64,000 nt of DNA from Squalus acanthias (Eukaryota), in NCBI GenBank assembly GCA_030390025.1, contig CM059432.1, positions 132,434,001 through 132,498,000 on the forward strand, read 5' to 3'. Position numbers and translations under genes: made by a program. Of the stretch, positions 63,128-64,000 are shown piece by piece (the first letter of the stretch is position 1; every line of letters starts with the position of its first letter). Under the pieces are notes generated by a model, which saw only the letters and a list, made by a program, of their open reading frames with translations, had not been told where the DNA came from and ran no database searches.

Positions 63128-64000
63128 GAAACATACGAACATACGAATTAGGAGCAGGAGTAGGCCAGTCGGCCCTTCGAGCCTGCTCCGCCATTCAATT
63201 AGATCATGGCTGATCTGATTACTCCACATTCCCGCCTACCCCCGATAACTTTTCACCCCCTTTCTTACCAAGAATCTATCTACCTCTGCCTTAAAAATAT
63301 TCAAAGACTCTGTTTCCACCGTCCTCTGAGGAAGAGAGTTCCAAAGACTCATGACTCTCTGTGAGAAAAAATTTCTCCTCATCTCTGTCTTAAATGGACA
63401 ACCCCTTATTTTTAAACAGTGACCCCTAGTTCTAGATTCTCCCACAAGAGGAAACATCCTCTTCACATCCACCCTGTCCAGACCCCTCAGGATCTTATAT
63501 GTTTCAATCAAGTCACCTCTTATTCTTCTAAACTCCAGCGGATACAAGCCTAGCCTGTCCAACCTTTCCTCATAAGACAACCTGCCCATTCCAGGTATTA
63601 GTCTAGTAAACCTTCTCTGAACTGCTTCCAACGCATTTACATCCTTCCTTAAATAAGGAGACCAATACTGTACACAGTACTCCAGATGTGGTCTCACCAA
63701 TGCCCTGTATAACTGAAGCATAACCTCCCTATTTTTGTATTCAATTCCCCTCGCATTAAACGATAACATTCTATTAGCTTTCCTAATTACTTGCTGTACC
63801 TGCATACTAACCTTTTGTGATTCGTGCACTAGGACACCCAGATCCCTCTGCATCTCAGAGCTCTGCAATCTCTCACCATTTAGATAATATGTTTCTTTTT
63901 TATTCTTCCTGCCAAAATGGACAACTTCACATTTTCCCACATTATACTCCATCTGCCAGATCTTTGCCCACTCACTTAACTTATCTATATCCCTTTGTAA
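63128..64000 (-). mobile_element. CR1-like LINE 3' portion, running off the window edge
   Basis: Uninterrupted 238-aa ORF2 C-terminus MEYNVGKCEVVHFGRKN...RPHLEYCVQYWSPY...; acatacga tail repeats. Confidence 0.93.

Noticed and set aside
63236..63952. Functional 238-aa protein gene
   Set aside because: It is the C-terminal part of CR1 ORF2; whether the element is intact cannot be judged because it leaves the window.

Overview
This is repeat-dense, apparently non-coding vertebrate DNA (intron or intergenic), almost certainly from a cartilaginous fish. The taxonomic call rests on the repeat families: Deu-domain SacSINE1/AmnSINE1-like SINEs, an HE1/V-SINE, CR1/HER1 and L2 LINE ends, Penelope remnants and an LF-SINE-like copy. 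No host protein-coding gene can be identified, and every recognisable ORF comes from a transposable element. The main structure is a ~10.9 kb nested PIF/Harbinger transposon (40833-51705) with convergent Myb/SANT and DDE nuclease pseudogenes. It carries a CR1 LINE, an ERV-like solo LTR, three MITEs and a 125-bp insert containing a hammerhead ribozyme motif, and it appears to be a recombinant with a deletion derivative that also occurs at 61238-62901. Other notable features are an ORF1-only Tx1-like retroposon inserted in a SINE tRNA head, a second solo LTR, an inverted pair of 747-bp MITEs, a 32-bp minisatellite, and several fold-back or templated-duplication scars. Family names come from recalled consensus motifs, not from database searches. 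I found no clearly new biological system; the best leads are unusual mobile-element architectures.
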